From: an uncultured Chloroflexia bacterium
Lineage (GTDB): Bacteria; Chloroflexota; Limnocylindria; Limnocylindrales; CSP1-4
Length of the DNA: 64,000 bases
NCBI GenBank assembly: GCA_963749705.1
Contig: CAVVNQ010000016.1
Span: 1 to 64,000, forward strand
Reading direction: 5' to 3'
Every line of letters begins with the position of its first letter. The stretch's first letter is position 1. This document shows positions 29,801 through 37,024 of the stretch, in pieces. The position numbers and the translations under genes are program-made. The notes below the pieces were generated by a model. That model was not told the origin of the DNA. It saw nothing but the letters and a program-made list of their open reading frames with translations, and made no database searches.

Positions 29801-29906
29801 GCGACCCAGACCGGGAGGCGGCTCCGAGTTCGGGTTCAGCCTGCCACGTGCCGAGGATGACGCCGAGGACGGCGCCGCGGACCTCGATTCGGGATCCGAG
29901 GCATGA
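26835..29906 (+). CDS. Sensor histidine kinase: DUF4118 TM, GAF, GAF, PAS, PAS, HisKA, HATPase
   Basis: 4 N-terminal TM, LSHELRTP, NLVANAAKYS, DRGIG, GSGIGL. TTGACG-N17-CTCAAT 7 nt before the ATG suggests a leaderless start. Confidence 0.93.
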   Translation: MHAESASSEEHAVANQPATRGRRWLLREEGWSPTEDGLRFAAAIAVAALAIALKWLVNADTDGNLGYLSYVSAVIMAAWIAGSSGGLLATAACSAADLLLFSNTDELLPLSSLAALQLAVFVANGIVLSIITSRLRRAVVREQAAREAGEAQLIVQQQGRAAAERDRARLSRLQAVTASLAGAATPGEVADAILDRGLRALGALAGVVFRIDTDAADATALVVLASRGYPDGAGGSAGRFSPDEGVYLPEPRSHVSDALATGRPIFLDDPRVWAEKYPDTPPFSLPGSPAGGSIAVLPLGVAGRIAGVVVFRFAARRNFADGTADLAVRLADQGAVALDRALARHQEQVAFRAVERAGVRLMFVARASERIMSASSFTAGVSSVPREAVPDLADWCLINMIDADHQILATAGTSAATERAVEHLAVVIQSDLGVALAGEDIAEPQIISFDEGWARRRDDPRTAAVMSELGTVVALIAPILTAHGDRLGSLVLGSSAPDAFGPDDLAMSRDVANRISVAAERTRLFAAVTRFKANVDASADAVYMFDPQTFRVTYANRGGADLAGLEPDEVEQGTILDLLASSDEAAFRQRLADLRASPGRVLSYTDVLAQQGDRQIPVDVLLQEVILPDGSPTAILTARDMTDHIDVQARLARIAGDERRQAAELRAVIRSMGDGVLVVDVEGRITLANEAAFNILDGSVPERLRELETWLGVECVAGDGRSDGTDGAGGGDADGSAEPITVQPRGGRWLEVATYAADPAGAPLDGGQSASRIVVLRDVTRVHEAAAAQEAFLGVLSHELRTPITTIFGYAKVLQRRSHEDERETMLRHIEVESDRLYRIVEDLLALSRVEGGITIEGEPLLIQYLIDPVISSESARWSGIEFEADLPLNLPVVSGERTYVEQVLRNLVANAAKYSRAGTSVTITAEATPSEVLVRVLDRGIGIDADEVDRLFQLYYRSPETARKTAGSGIGLYICRGLIHAMGGRIWARPRPGGGSEFGFSLPRAEDDAEDGAADLDSGSEA

Positions 29907-30010
29907 TGCGAGGACCGTCGTCGCAGCCCACGGTCGACGGTATGGAGGACGTGCGGTAGGCTGCCGTTCCGCTCGACGGCATCGGTAGCCTCGAGGTTGT
30001 TGGAGGGACG

Positions 30011-30832
30011 ATGCGCGTCTCACCTCGGGAACTGCGTGCCGTGCGATCGCGCGGGGTGCTCACGCGATACGCCGTGCTGGGCGAGGCGGCATTCTTCCTC
30101 GCGGAGGTCCCGCCCACGGGATCGGCCGGTACCAGCCTCGACGAGCCCTGTCGCCGGGAGCACTGGGGGATCGTCCACCAGGGCGAGCTCCTGCTGCGCG
30201 GCCGCCACGAGCGTCGGTTCGGGGCCGGGACCGCCTTCTACGTGGCTCCGGGGCGGACCCATCGGTTCTTCACCGACGGACCCGCGGTGATCGCCGGGTT
30301 CGCGCCGGTGGACACGGAGATCGACGACTCGCCGGAGGGACGTCGCGCCCGGGGCATCGAATCCGTGCGCAGGGCGGCGGTTCCGCATCTGCCGCCCACG
30401 GAGGTCCGGATCGCGGGGGCCCGGACGCGGACGGGGACCGCCGGGACCGTCCAGACCGTGTCGGCCGTGATGGGCCGCTGGGTGTTCACCCGGTCCATCT
30501 TCGGCCCCATCGGCGGTTTCGGGGACGGCTGGTGCGAGCTTCCCCATTGGGGCCAGGTGATCGACGGCACGATGCTGCTGCACTGGCGGAGCGGGGAGAT
30601 CGAGCTCCTGAGCGCCGGTGACATCTTCGCGTGCCCGGTGGGCGTGGGCGGGCACCGGATCGAGGTCGCCGACGCCGCGACGATGATCGACTACACGCCC
30701 ATCGACGCGATCCTGGACCCGTCCCTGCGCCGGGCGCCGAGGACCGTGGCCGCGCTCCGGGACGCGCTGCCCGGCCTCGTCCGTCCGGCTGCGAGCGACG
30801 CGGTGCCCGCGGTCCCACAACGTCGGCCCTAG
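30011..30832 (+). CDS. Tandem (bi)cupin-like protein
   Basis: Two repeats of C..[EP]HWG.V..G.[LM]....F...G..H; GGAGG RBS. Confidence 0.75.
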   Translation: MRVSPRELRAVRSRGVLTRYAVLGEAAFFLAEVPPTGSAGTSLDEPCRREHWGIVHQGELLLRGRHERRFGAGTAFYVAPGRTHRFFTDGPAVIAGFAPVDTEIDDSPEGRRARGIESVRRAAVPHLPPTEVRIAGARTRTGTAGTVQTVSAVMGRWVFTRSIFGPIGGFGDGWCELPHWGQVIDGTMLLHWRSGEIELLSAGDIFACPVGVGGHRIEVADAATMIDYTPIDAILDPSLRRAPRTVAALRDALPGLVRPAASDAVPAVPQRRP

Positions 30833-31034
30833 GAAGCCTCGGCCCGATCGTCCAGCCCTCTGCGCGGCGCATCGCGCCGGCCGCTGGAGGGGACCTCTTG
30901 TGACGCGCGTGCAAGGGGTCGCGCTGTCGCCCGTCAGGTCGCTGCACGGTTGGTGTGGCTAGGTTTCGGGCGTTCTCGAGTGAGCCTCGGGCCACTCGGA
31001 TCCCCCAGCCAAACCAGTCAACCGAGGTAGCACC

Positions 31035-31256
31035 ATGATCAAGCGCGTTCTCCTGACCCTGGCACTCAGCGCAACCGTCGGCATCGGCGTCGCCGCCTGC
31101 AACGGCAGCTCGTCCAGCCCGACCATCCCTGGGGCCGAGTCATCCGCACCCATCACGTCGCCGTCATCCCAGGCGCCGGTCATGTCCGAGTCGCCGTCGA
31201 TGGCGCCGAGCGAGAGCGCCCCGGTCTTCGAGAGCGCCGCACCGTCCGCCTCCTGA
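31035..31256 (+). CDS. Small Ser/Pro-rich lipoprotein
   Basis: MIKR, hydrophobic stretch, VAAC lipobox; GAGG RBS; followed by a terminator. Confidence 0.8.
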   Translation: MIKRVLLTLALSATVGIGVAACNGSSSSPTIPGAESSAPITSPSSQAPVMSESPSMAPSESAPVFESAAPSAS

Positions 31257-31271
31257 CCGCGGCAACCCCCA

Positions 31272-31311
31272 GCCGACGATGCGGCCAACGCCGCGTCGTC
31301 GGCCTTTCTTT
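31272..31311 (+). terminator. Intrinsic terminator
   Basis: GCCGACGATGCGGC/GCCGCGTCGTCGGC stem followed by CTTTCTTT. Confidence 0.85.
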
Positions 31312-31504
31312 GTGCCCGACACGACCCTGCGCGTGCCCGCCGGGCCTTGCGGCCACGTTGCGGATGGACCCACCCGATGCGCCTGTAACACGCCGGTGAG
31401 GCTGCGAAACGCTGCGTCGGGTGGGTCATGTGCCAGCCTCTGAGCACGGCCCGGGAGCGATCCCCGGGCCGGCCAGGACGACATCAGACGAGGAGGGATT
31501 CCTC

Positions 31505-31906
31505 ATGGATGAGCAGCAAGTGACCGTTCGCCGTGTCGCAAGCGACAGCGTCGAATCGCCGGCCACCAGCCGGTCGGTCGTCAATGAGCGCGTCAGCCGG
31601 TACCCGAGCGGCCTCGTGGTGATCCGCCGGATCATCACGTTCATCTTCGGATTGATCCAGCTCGTGATCGGCCTTCGGATCATCCTGCTCGCGCTCGACG
31701 CCGATCGGGGCAACGGGCTGGTCCAGGGCATCTACAACCTGAGCGCTCCGCTCGTTGCGCCGTTCGAAGGGATCCTTCGCACCGACGCCGTCCACGCCAG
31801 CGGGTCGATCCTCGACGTCGCGGCGGTGGTTGCCCTGGTCGGCTGGACGATCCTCGAGCTCGTGATCCTCGCGGCTGCCGGGATCGGCCGCAGCAGCGAT
31901 GTCTAG
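31505..31906 (+). CDS. YggT-like membrane protein
   Basis: RRIITFIFGLIQLVIGLRIILLAL.A...IYNLSAPLVAPFEGI...LDVAAVVALVGW. Confidence 0.8.
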   Translation: MDEQQVTVRRVASDSVESPATSRSVVNERVSRYPSGLVVIRRIITFIFGLIQLVIGLRIILLALDADRGNGLVQGIYNLSAPLVAPFEGILRTDAVHASGSILDVAAVVALVGWTILELVILAAAGIGRSSDV

Positions 31907-31948
31907 CTCCCGCATCGACGAGCTGAAAGGTGGCCGGATCATGACGGA

Positions 31949-32086
31949 ATGGACGACCCGGCGCGACAGCGAGCCGGATCCCGAGCCGGGACCCAGGTCG
32001 TCGATGAGCGCTCGATGCGGATCCTGGAGATCCTCGTGGCCGGGATCGGCCTGGCAGCCTGCGCGCTGCTCAACCTGCTGCGCTAG
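31949..32086 (+). CDS. Putative 45-aa membrane peptide
   Basis: Not in the ORF track: MDDPARQRAGSRAGTQVVDERSMRILEILVAGIGLAACALLNLLR, with a C-terminal TM; start uncertain. Confidence 0.45.
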   Translation: MDDPARQRAGSRAGTQVVDERSMRILEILVAGIGLAACALLNLLR

Positions 32087-32144
32087 ACACGTCCGGCGCG
32101 CCCGGTCGACGGCCGCGCCGGAACGAACGAATGGAGGAAGCGAC

Positions 32145-32351
32145 ATGTGCCTGACCTGCGGATGCGGCGATGCTCACCAGAAGATGGGCGACAACATCAC
32201 CTACGAGGATCTCCGCGACGTCGCGGTCAGCAACGACCGCCCGGTCGATGAGGTCCTGCAGGTGATGGCGGCGACGGCCGCCGATGACCGGGCCCAGCAC
32301 ACCGAGGAATACTCGCGTCGCTGGAGCACCGGGAGCTCCTCGCAGACGTGA
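32145..32351 (+). CDS. Small protein with an N-terminal CxxCxC metal-binding motif
   Basis: MCLTCGCGDAH...ITYEDL; GGAGG RBS. Confidence 0.75.
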   Translation: MCLTCGCGDAHQKMGDNITYEDLRDVAVSNDRPVDEVLQVMAATAADDRAQHTEEYSRRWSTGSSSQT

Positions 32352-32469
32352 TGCCTCGCTGCGCAAGCCGGGTCGGGCGCCGGCCGGCTCGATCACGCTC
32401 CAACGGGTCGTCGGCCCCCGGCCGGCGGCCCTCCCGTCGGGGGCGCAGGCCTCGGAAGGACCAGCCGTG

Positions 32470-32736
32470 ATGTCGGACGCGACGGCGATCGTGGGCCTGG
32501 TCGGGGTCGGCAGCCTGGTCGTAGGGGCGCTCGTTGCACGCCTCCCGGTGGGGACCTGCCCGGAGTGCCCCCACTGCCGGGCCCAGGCGGCCAGGGCCGC
32601 CGACGAGGAGCGGCGGGCGCGCTCTGAGTACGTGCGTCGCCGGGCGGTCCACCCTCCCCGCTTCCCGGGACCGGCGGAGGACGATGACGACGCGACGTCC
32701 GACGACGGCACCTGGGGCCGGGGCCACCGGTCCTAG
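32470..32736 (+). CDS. Small membrane-anchored CxxCxHC protein
   Basis: TM helix followed by GTCPECPHC; AAGGA RBS. Confidence 0.6.
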   Translation: MSDATAIVGLVGVGSLVVGALVARLPVGTCPECPHCRAQAARAADEERRARSEYVRRRAVHPPRFPGPAEDDDDATSDDGTWGRGHRS

Positions 32737-32879
32737 GGCGAAGGACCCGGTCCAGTCGATTCCAGGCGGCTCCAGCCGCGTCGACCAGCTGGCCGCCCCG
32801 CGTCCCTGCAACGTAGCCGTTACGTGCCCGGAAGCTCGCGAAACCCGCACGCATGTCGCGAGCAGGCGACAGTTCAACG

Positions 32880-33185
32880 CGTCGCGGCCGCCCCGGGCGC
32901 GACACGTCATCGTCGGTCCCGCGTTCACGGGGTCGACGTCCCGGCTCCGTCGAGGCTGGTCACGCCACCGGTCATCGCACGAGAGCCCAGGCCGCTCCCT
33001 CCTCGGGAGCCGCCAGCGGGACCTGGCGGACGCCCCGCCGCGTCGGATCCGTCATTGGCTCGAGGGCGGCCCAAGCAGCATTCGGGTCATGGTGGCCCGC
33101 CCGGTCGGCGACCTTCACTGGACCCTGGTCGGTCCGTCGTGGTCCGGCGCCGACCGGGCCGCCGTGGCCCCGCATCCTTCTTTCG
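32880..33185 (+). ncRNA. Candidate structured small RNA
   Basis: No credible ORF; several hairpins; preceded by the regulon promoter motif (32807-32873); ends in a pyrimidine tract. Confidence 0.35.
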
Positions 33186-33242
33186 GTCTCGTAAAGGGAT
33201 CCGCCGGATTTCGTGAAGGCCGCGGTGCCGCCGATCCGTCGG

Positions 33243-33926
33243 TCAGCCCTCGGCCGGTCGCCCGACGGCCGCCGGCGAGTTGGACCGGCGGCGCGGCCGC
33301 CGAGCGCGGCCGGCAACCGGACGTCGCGCCGCGCCGGCCGGCTCGCTGGAGGCGGCGGTCCTGGGGAGCACCTCCAGGACCCTGTGGATCGGTGACCGGT
33401 CCGTCACCTCGAGGGTCGGGATCGGCCATAGGACTGGCCCTGAGTCCGGCGAGGCGGGCAGCTCCGCGACACACCAGGGGCAGATCGTCCAGCCCGGCTC
33501 CACGAGGGACGAGCACTGCGGGCAGGGGACGCGGAGCGTGGTCCCACACGTCGGGCATCGAACCCATCCATCGTCGACCCGGGCGTCGCAGACGGCGCAC
33601 CGGTCCTGGTCGGCGGCAGCTTCCAGCGTGGCCAGGGACAGGCGACGGTCACTCGAATCCGCCAGGGTCTCCTGGGGCCGGATGAGGCGGTACACGACGA
33701 TCCCGAGGGGGAACGCGAGCGGCGTCGCGGCAAGGACCAGCACCGCCACCCCTGCCGGAGCCAGCTGGTTGTCGACCCGGAGTCTCGCATCGCGGTATGC
33801 CCATGCGGCGGCCGCGATCCACAGGATCACCAGGCACGCCCACGCAACGGCCAGGATCGCCTGCACCTGAGGCGTGGCGATCACCGTCCCGAAAGCCCCG
33901 ATCGCGTCGTCAAACAGCTTGCTCAT
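33243..33926 (-). CDS. Membrane protein with a double zinc ribbon domain
   Basis: 2 TM (WAYRDA...YRLIRPQETL), then CAVC, CPTC, CPQC, CPWC. Confidence 0.85.
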   Translation of the reverse strand: MSKLFDDAIGAFGTVIATPQVQAILAVAWACLVILWIAAAAWAYRDARLRVDNQLAPAGVAVLVLAATPLAFPLGIVVYRLIRPQETLADSSDRRLSLATLEAAADQDRCAVCDARVDDGWVRCPTCGTTLRVPCPQCSSLVEPGWTICPWCVAELPASPDSGPVLWPIPTLEVTDRSPIHRVLEVLPRTAASSEPAGAARRPVAGRARRPRRRSNSPAAVGRPAEG

Positions 33927-34240
33927 CGTGTCCCGTCCCGCGTTGTGTCATGTGGGTCGAGATCAGGCTAGGAGCCGCGCGGGTGCGGCCGGGACCTCGG
34001 TCATCGCCGGCGCGTGACATCGTCCTTGCAACCAAGCTCGGACCCGGGCGAGTCCGGCACGTCGTGACCAACCACCGGCGGCCACCGGCGGCCACCGGGC
34101 TGTCGCGATGCCGCTCGGGCGATGCCACGATGCAAGGGCCCTGAAACGAGGATGCCCGCGCCCGGGTGACCGCCGACAGACCCGCGGACCTACGGTGGCA
34201 GCGTGCCTGCAGGGCGCAGGCATGAAATGGAGGCCCAACG

Positions 34241-34450
34241 ATGCAGGATCTCAAGAAGGACTACCGCGGGGTGAAGAACGACGCCAAGGAGGCCTGGCGC
34301 AAGGCAGACGGCGAGGAGGACCTCGGAGACAAGGCTGCCAACGTCGGGGATGATGTTCGCGACGCGGTCGGCAACGCCGGCGACGATCTCCGGAAGGCGG
34401 GCGACGATCTCCGGCGGGACATGGACGACCGCACGGACGATCCCCGATGA
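34241..34450 (+). CDS. Small acidic CsbD-like / hydrophilin stress protein
   Basis: KEAWRKADGEEDLGDKAANVGDDVRDAVGNAGDDLR repeats; GGAGG RBS; terminator follows. Confidence 0.75.
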   Translation: MQDLKKDYRGVKNDAKEAWRKADGEEDLGDKAANVGDDVRDAVGNAGDDLRKAGDDLRRDMDDRTDDPR

Positions 34451-34473
34451 ACCTCCGGTAAGCCACGCGATAC

Positions 34474-34515
34474 ACGAGGACCCCCGGCTTCGGCCGGGGG
34501 TCCTCGTTCGTGTTC
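34474..34515 (+). terminator. Intrinsic terminator with a C(UUCG)G tetraloop
   Basis: 15-bp perfect stem ACGAGGACCCCCGGC-TTCG-GCCGGGGGTCCTCGT followed by a T-rich tail. Confidence 0.85.
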
Positions 34516-34561
34516 GGCGGCCGTCAGGCCAGGCTGGGCAGCAGGAGCACATCGCCAGCTG

Positions 34562-34912
34562 ATGACACGCCGCAGGTCGGAGACGCGCCGGACGGCCGGC
34601 GGGGAGCCGGCCGTCCGAGCGAGGGGGGAGGAGTGCCTCGGCGAGGGCGCGCCGGGCACCACAGACGATGGCGCGGCGGCCGTTGCGGTGGCGACGGCGG
34701 GCGAAGCCGGGCGCGTGACAACGGCATTCCCCGCCGCTTCCACCCACCGCGGTGCCACCGGTGGACCACGACCGATCGGCGGAGATAGCCCTGGCACGGC
34801 GCGGGCGGTGCCGATCGCGCAGGATTCCGGAGCGGTCGAGGATGCCGATGCCGATGCCGCGGAGCAGCTCGGCCGCGTGCTCCCGCGCCGGCCGAACGTC
34901 GGCGCCGACTGA
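34562..34912 (+). CDS. Hypothetical low-complexity protein
   Basis: AGGAG upstream; fills the gap; no recognisable motif. Confidence 0.35.
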   Translation: MTRRRSETRRTAGGEPAVRARGEECLGEGAPGTTDDGAAAVAVATAGEAGRVTTAFPAASTHRGATGGPRPIGGDSPGTARAVPIAQDSGAVEDADADAAEQLGRVLPRRPNVGAD

Positions 34913-34969
34913 GGGCCCGCCGATGGCCCGCGGCCGAGCTGGCCCGGGGTCCAGCGGATCGCCGGTGGG

Positions 34970-35182
34970 TCAGGGCATCGCCGGTGTGGCGTTGATCGGC
35001 TTCACGACCCCCGGCTCGTCCGGCACGTCATCGTCGACGAGCTCGGCATGCTGCTGGCCACACACCGGGCAGACCCAGGACCCCGCAAGGGCTCCCTCAT
35101 CGGCGGCCGCGTCATGCGACTCCCATCGCTGCGTTCGATCGATGGAGCCGCAGTTGGTACAGCGTCGAACGACCATCGTCAT
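34970..35182 (-). CDS. Small zinc-ribbon protein
   Basis: CTNCG...WVCPVCG; GGAGG RBS. Confidence 0.75.
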   Translation of the reverse strand: MTMVVRRCTNCGSIDRTQRWESHDAAADEGALAGSWVCPVCGQQHAELVDDDVPDEPGVVKPINATPAMP

Positions 35183-35362
35183 GTCACAGACCTCCATTCA
35201 CGGGTGACATCCGCGCCGGCGACCGGGCACGGCCTCGCAGGTGAACGGGGCGGGAACTCGGGGCTCCGGTGCCGAGAAACCGGCCGGCACAAAGGCCGGC
35301 CGGCGCGGGGGTGGCCGGAGCTCGCTCGCCCGACTCGACGGCTCCGGGTGCCTCGCTGGGCC

Positions 35363-35509
35363 CTATACGGTTCGTCGTCCGGACAGCAGCTGGGCCACGA
35401 GGACGATCGCGGCGATGAGGAGAAGGATGTGGATGAATGAGCCGCCGACGGAGCCGATGAAGCCCAGCAGCCACAGGACGAGCAGGATGACGAAGATGGT
35501 CCACAACAT
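35363..35509 (-). CDS. lmo0937/DUF5670 family small membrane protein
   Basis: Not in the ORF track: MLWTIFVILLVLWLLGFIGSVGGSFIHILLLIAAIVLVAQLLSGRRTV; GGAGG RBS. Confidence 0.9.
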   Translation of the reverse strand: MLWTIFVILLVLWLLGFIGSVGGSFIHILLLIAAIVLVAQLLSGRRTV

Positions 35510-35704
35510 GGTTCGGATCCTCCGTGATGGGCCCGGAAGATCCAGCTGGAGCTGGGCCAGGCCACGTGCGTCGACCGTATCGGCGGTTGTCTCGCAACCG
35601 CGCGCGTGGGCCGTCGTCGGGGCCTTGCGCGCCGCTTGCAGGCCGCCGAGCTGAGATCGGCGCCCGGCGAGCGCGGTCAGGGACGTCCCCGCGGTCCCGC
35701 GGGT

Positions 35705-36253
35705 TCAGCTCGTGCGGCGCCGGCGGTCCTCGCCCGTCGTCCGACGGCCGCTGCCACGCCGCGGCACGTCCGTGGGTGTCGCGGTCGTGGGCGACACGGA
35801 AGCCCGGGTGGCAGACGACGTCGCCGGCTGCGCCGCGTCCGGCCCGTTCGCCATGGAGTTGGCGACCACCTCCTGCAGCTCCTGCTCGTGGGCCTCGACC
35901 TCCGCCTCGGTCGACCGCTCGGCGACGATGAACTCGTTGCGTGCGTCAGCGGTGGCCCGGATGATCTCGTCGAGCTTGAGGTGGAGCGCCCGGGCATCTC
36001 GGCCCTGGCTGTTCTGGATCACGAACACCATCCAGAAGGTGATCACCGTGGTGGACGTGTTGATCACCAGCTGCCAGCTGTCGGAATAGTTGGCCAGCGG
36101 ACCGGCGATGGCCCACACGATCACGACCACGACGGACAGGACCATCGCCTGGATGGAGCCCAGGGCCCTGGTCACCCTGTCCGCCAGCCGGTTGAATCGA
36201 TCCCGGCTCGTCTCCCGGGCGGGCGACTGTCCCCGATCCGCAAGCGCGCTCAC
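35705..36253 (-). CDS. Low-affinity iron permease (Fet4-like) family protein
   Basis: FNRLAD...YSDSWQLVINTSTTVITFWMVFVIQNSQGRDARALHLKLDEII. Confidence 0.88.
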   Translation of the reverse strand: MSALADRGQSPARETSRDRFNRLADRVTRALGSIQAMVLSVVVVIVWAIAGPLANYSDSWQLVINTSTTVITFWMVFVIQNSQGRDARALHLKLDEIIRATADARNEFIVAERSTEAEVEAHEQELQEVVANSMANGPDAAQPATSSATRASVSPTTATPTDVPRRGSGRRTTGEDRRRRTS

Positions 36254-36381
36254 GGGCTGGTCGTGTCGGATGCGGCGGCGACCGCAAGGATCGGGCTGGC
36301 GGTTACCACCGGCGCGCACGCCCCCAGCGTCGCGACGACGATGACGGCGATGGCGATCAGGCGGATGACGCGTGAGCGCAT
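36250..36381 (-). CDS. Putative 43-aa lipoprotein
   Basis: MRSRVIRLIAIAVIVVATLGAC lipobox; GGAGG RBS; GTGA-coupled to the permease gene. Confidence 0.6.
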   Translation of the reverse strand: MRSRVIRLIAIAVIVVATLGACAPVVTASPILAVAAASDTTSP

Positions 36382-36485
36382 CGAGATCCTCCAATACAAC
36401 TGGGAGCGCATCGTCATCGGATGCGCGTCGCGGTCTCGCCATACCCGCGGCGGCAGGCGCTCGCAGCGGCGTTGCAGGTCCGTTT

Positions 36486-36540
36486 CCGCACGAAGGGCGC
36501 CCGCACGAAGGGCGCCCGCAGGATCTGCGAGCGCCCATCG
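36486..36540 (-). terminator. Terminator hairpin with a duplicated 15-bp arm
   Basis: GGGCGCCCGCA/TGCGAGCGCCC stem; ccgcacgaagggcgc tandemly duplicated. Confidence 0.55.
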
Positions 36541-36599
36541 TCGTTGCAGGCATCGGTGACGCACCGTCCCGATCCCGACGGGCGGTCAGCCCAGGGCGG

Positions 36600-36779
36600 T
36601 CAGCTCGAGTGACCGCGCCCGCGGGACGCCTTCGTCTCGTCGTTCTCGGCGCGTTCCTTGTTGACCGTCCGGGCAGCGATCTCCTCGGCCCGGTCCTCGG
36701 AGCGGCCCGCATCGAGCTCGCTCTCCTTGACATGCTCGTACTGTCGTTCGCGCTTCGGCGACCAGGCGTCCTGTGGCAT
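36600..36779 (-). CDS. Small ChaB-like / 'plasmid stabilization'-annotated family protein
   Basis: Not in the ORF track as such: MPQDAWSPKRERQYEHVKESE...RAEEIAARTVNKERA; GGAGG RBS. Confidence 0.85.
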   Translation of the reverse strand: MPQDAWSPKRERQYEHVKESELDAGRSEDRAEEIAARTVNKERAENDETKASRGRGHSS

Positions 36780-36804
36780 CTCGCCTCCGTCCTTCGGGTC
36801 TCGT

Positions 36805-36870
36805 AACGTAGGTCTGCCGTCGCCAACGGGCCATCAGCGGGCCGCGGGTGCCTGTTGCAGCAACGTTGCA
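36805..36870 (-). promoter_or_regulatory. Best copy of the tandem activator site plus -10 box
   Basis: Minus strand TGCAAC-gttgc-TGCAAC-N43-TACGTT. Confidence 0.65.
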
Positions 36871-37024
36871 CGGCCACGCCTGGACCACGCCGGCGAACCA
36901 TGCGACGCGAACGACGCCGCGACCGGGCTCGCGGCCGTACCGGCAACGGTCTGCCTGTTCGGGCAGACAGCATGCACGGCGGGTTCTGGCTGCGGTCCGT
37001 GGTCGCGCGAAAATGGTCGGCAGC

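Noticed and set aside
24035-29906. Naming the pair kdpE/kdpD
   Set aside because: No kdpABC, and the kinase lacks the KdpD N-terminal sensor and Usp domains.
27696-30023. Long antisense ORFs (775 aa here; also 9248-11146, 45249-47576, 54507-56063 and most of 35705-38038)
   Set aside because: These are Arg/Pro/Gly-rich shadow frames opposite well-supported genes, as expected at this GC content. Only the 35705-36253 part of the last one is a real gene.
31373-31439. Additional regulon sites upstream of the yggT-like gene and the bicupin gene (29896-29962)
   Set aside because: Only one good hexamer lies at the right distance from a -10-like box and the partner half-site is poor, so these were not counted.
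32534-33685. 383-aa + strand ORF across the candidate sRNA region
   Set aside because: Low-complexity R/P/G/A composition, no RBS, and it overlaps two better-supported genes.
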